Positions 57,710 to 64,000 of a DNA stretch of 64,000 nt are shown piece by piece (position 1 is the stretch's first letter; each line of letters starts with the position of its first letter). The notes beneath the pieces were generated by a model. The model was not told where the DNA came from. It did not search any database and saw nothing but the letters and a program-made list of their open reading frames with translations. This DNA comes from the human T2T-CHM13v2.0 reference genome, Homo sapiens, in assembly GCF_009914755.1 (NCBI RefSeq), contig NC_060925.1. One strand, given 5' to 3'. Made by a program: the position numbers and the translations under genes.

Positions 57710-59012
57710 TGATAGTGTCCTTTTAAGTACAAAAGTTTTTAATTTCAATGAAGTCCATCCAACTTACCGATTTTATTTTCTTTTTTGTTTGTACTTTTGG
57801 TGTCATATCTAAGAATCCTTTCCTAAATTTAAAGTCATGAAGATTTACGTTTAGTTCTTCTAAGAGTTTTATAGTTTTGCTCTTATATAATGGTATTTGA
57901 TCCATTTTGAGTTAATTTTTTTTTTTTGAGACAGAGTTGTGCTTTGTCATGTAGGGTGGAGTGCAGTGGCATGATCTTGTCTCATTGCAGTCTCAGCCTC
58001 CTGGGTTTAAGCAATCCTCTCACCTCAACCTCTGAGTAGCTAGGACTACAGGTGTGTGCCACCACTGTCGACTAATTTTTTTATTTTTTGTAGAGACAGG
58101 ATCTCACCGTGTTGCACAGGCTGGTCTCAAACTTCTGGGTTCAAGCGATCATCCCACTTCAGCCCCCCAAAGTGCTGGAATTAGAGGCATAATCCACCGC
58201 ACCTGGCCTTGGGTTAATTTTTATATAGTGTGTGAGGTAAGGCTCTAATTTCATTCTTTTGCATGTGGATGTTCAGTTGTCCTAGCACCATTTATTGAAA
58301 ATAACATTCTTCCTCCATTTAATAGTCTTGGCATCCTTGTCAAAAATCAGTTAACCAGAGATCTCTGGGCTTATTTTGTAGTCTTAAGCCTATTCTACTC
58401 ATGTGTATGTTTGTCCTTGTGCCACATTGTCTTGATTACTCTTGCTTTATAGCAAGTTTCAAAATCGAGAAGTATGAGTCCTCCTACTTTATTCTTTTTC
58501 ATGATTGTTTTGGCTATTCTGCATCTCTTGAAATTCTATATGAATTTTATAATCAGCTTATCAATTTCTATGAAGAAATCAGCTTCTGATAGGGATTATG
58601 TTGCATCTGTAGATTTGTTTGGGGAGTATCGCCATCTTAACAATGTTAAGTCTTCCAATCTATAAACATGGATTTTTTTTCAATTATTTAGATATTTTTC
58701 AATTTCTCTTAACAATGTTTTATAGTTTTCTGAGGAGTTTTATATTTCTTTTGTTAAATATTTTTTTGAGTATGTTATTCTTCTAGATGATGTGAATGAA
58801 GATTTTTTCTCAGTTCTATTTTCAGATTTTTCACTTAAAGTGTATAGAAATAGAATTGATTTTGTATATTGATCTTATATACTGCCATGTTGCTGAACTC
58901 ATTTATTAGTTCTAATAGTTTCTGGTTTTTTAGTGGACGACTTAGGATTTTCTGTTTATGAGATCATGTTATAGTGAAGAGAGGGTTTTACTAGTTTCTT
59001 GCCAATCTGGAT

Positions 59013-59047
<35 letters not shown>

Positions 59048-60576
59048 AGACAGAGTGTTGCTCTACTGCCCAGGCTAGAGTGCAGTGGTGCGATCTCAGC
59101 TCACTGCAACCTCTGCTGCCTGGGTTCAAGCGATTCTCCTGCCCCAGCTTGATTACAGGCATCTGCCAGTAGCTGGGATTACAGGCATCTGCCACATGCC
59201 AGGCTAATTTTTGTATTTTTAGTAGAGATGGGGTTTCACCATGTTGGCCAGGCTGGTCTCGAACTCCTGACCTTGTGATCCACCCATCTCAGCCTCCCAA
59301 AGTGCTGGGATTATAGGCGTGAGCCACGGTGGCCTGGATTCTTGTATTTATTTTTCTGGCCTAATCGCCCTGGCAAGAACCTCCAGTACAATGTTGAACA
59401 GAAATGGTGGGAGTAGATATTCTTGTCTTATTCTTGTCCTTAGTAGGAAAGCATGAGTCTTTCCCGATTAAGTGTGATGTTAGCTGTGGGTTTTTCATAG
59501 ATGCTTTTTATCAGGTTTAGGAAATTCTGTTCTATTCCTATTGAATTCTTTTACATGAAAATGTGTGGGATTTTTTTAAAAAATGCTTTCTCTGTATTCA
59601 TTGAGATAATTGTGTGTCTTTTGTCTTTTATTCTATCAATAGGATATATTACATTGATTTTTGGATATTAATCCAATCTTCCTTGCCTAGGATCAATCCT
59701 ACTTCGGGCTGGGAGTGATGGGTCATGCCTGTAATCTCAATGCTTTGGGAGGCCAAGGCAGGAGGATTACTTGAAGCCAGGAATTCGAGACAGCCTGGGC
59801 AACATAGTGAGATCCTGTACACATAGCTACATAGCTACTCAGAAGGCTGAGGCAGGAGGATGCCTTGAGCCCAGGAGTTAGAGGCTGCAGTGAGGTATAG
59901 CCACACCACTTTACTCCAGCCTGGGTGACAGAGAGAGACACTGTCTCAAAAAAACGTAACCTACTTGATCATGGTATATAATTGTTTTTATATGTTTCTA
60001 CGTTTGGTTTGCAGGTATTTGGTTGAGGAGTTTGCATCTATAGTTATAAGATATATTTATCTGTAGCTTTTCTTTCTTGTGATATCTTTATCTGGTTTTG
60101 GTGTCAGCATAATACTGGATTCATGAAATGGGCTGGGAAGATTTTCCTCCTTTTCTGTTATTTTGGAAGAGTTTGTAAAGAACTGGTGCTAATTCTTTTT
60201 GAATGCTTGATAATATTTAGTGGTAAAGCCATCTGGGCCTGGGCTTAGCTTCATAGGTGGGTTTTTGATTACGGACTTAACCTGCTCTTTAAGAGGTCTA
60301 TCTATATTGTCTTTTTTTTCTTGGTTTGTTTTGATTCAGTTTTGGTTGTCCGTATATTTCAAAAAAAAAATCGTCCACTTTATAATCCTTTTTATTTCTC
60401 CACAGTTGGTAGTAATGCCCTACAACTTTTAAGTTTCTGATTCTAATAATTTGAGTCTTAATTTTTTCTTGGTCAAACTAGCTAAAGGTTTATCAATTTT
60501 GTGGATCTTTTCAAAGAACCAGCTTTTGGATTTCTTGATTTTCTATATTGTTTTTCTATTCTCTATTAATTTTCAC

Positions 60577-63489
<2,913 letters not shown>

Positions 63490-64000
63490 GGAATCTACTA
63501 CAGGAGTAAGTTGAGAAATGATGAGGACCTATCCTAAGACATGGGAATGGAGAAGAGGAAAGAAAAATAAGAGATTTAAAAAATGTAGGCTACACAATTG
63601 TGTGTGTGAGAGAGAGTATTGTGGGATGGCTGTGTTCCTGATTGGACTGTAAATGGGTCATCCAATTTATTAAGATTAGAGAATACAGGAGAAGGAAAAG
63701 TATGGGGAAGGGAGATTGTGTATTTAGTATTAGACATACTGACTTTCGAGTAGCTATGGCACAATTAAGTGGACTTGTTCAACAGGCATGTCAGGAATGT
63801 GGGAGAAAAATCTTGGATGAAATTTTGGAAGACGCCAGCCACGGTGGCTCAAACCTATAATTCTAGCACTTTGGGAGGCCGAGGCAGGTGGGTCACCTGA
63901 GGTCAGTGGTTTGAGACCATCTTGGCTAACATGGTGAAATCCCATCTCTACCAAAAATACAAAAAAATTAGCCGGGCGTGGTGGCAGGCGCCTGTAGTCC

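Larger units (their letters stand above)
54370..60576 (-). mobile_element. Old L1MB-type LINE-1, host to the orphan insert, MEF2AP1 and Alus; cut off at the THE1
   Basis: 3'UTR at about 54370-54900; colinear ORF2 sequence resumes after each insertion (55692, 57710). Confidence 0.75.

Overview
Human genomic DNA: the human-specific AluYb8 at 61428 and an SVA at 27038 place it. The window is the middle of AXDND1 (axonemal dynein light chain domain containing 1, + strand; identified from my recall of the protein, chr1q25). Seven coding exons with canonical AG/GT ends splice into one open frame (..[14 protein letters not shown]...[12 protein letters not shown]..). The rest is transposon-dense intron: nested L1s, dozens of Alus, a full-length SVA, an internally deleted HERV-K(HML-6)/LTR3 provirus, THE1 elements, Tigger and Charlie DNA transposons, and a MEF2A retrocopy (MEF2AP1). 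I see no new multi-gene system. The best leads are retrotransposition and RNA-processing fossils: (1) the MEF2A retrocopy records an intronically polyadenylated transcript; (2) an L1 has both a 5' inversion and a 3' transduction; (3) a ~500-bp retroposed insert of unknown source; (4) an L1 sits in the polypyrimidine tract of an AXDND1 exon; (5) a 333-nt stop-free three-exon block bracketed by inverted Alus is a circRNA candidate; (6) a chimeric THE1; (7) a templated L1 copy inside a microsatellite. Repeat subfamily names come from recalled consensus sequences and need RepeatMasker confirmation. Boundaries of old repeats are approximate.
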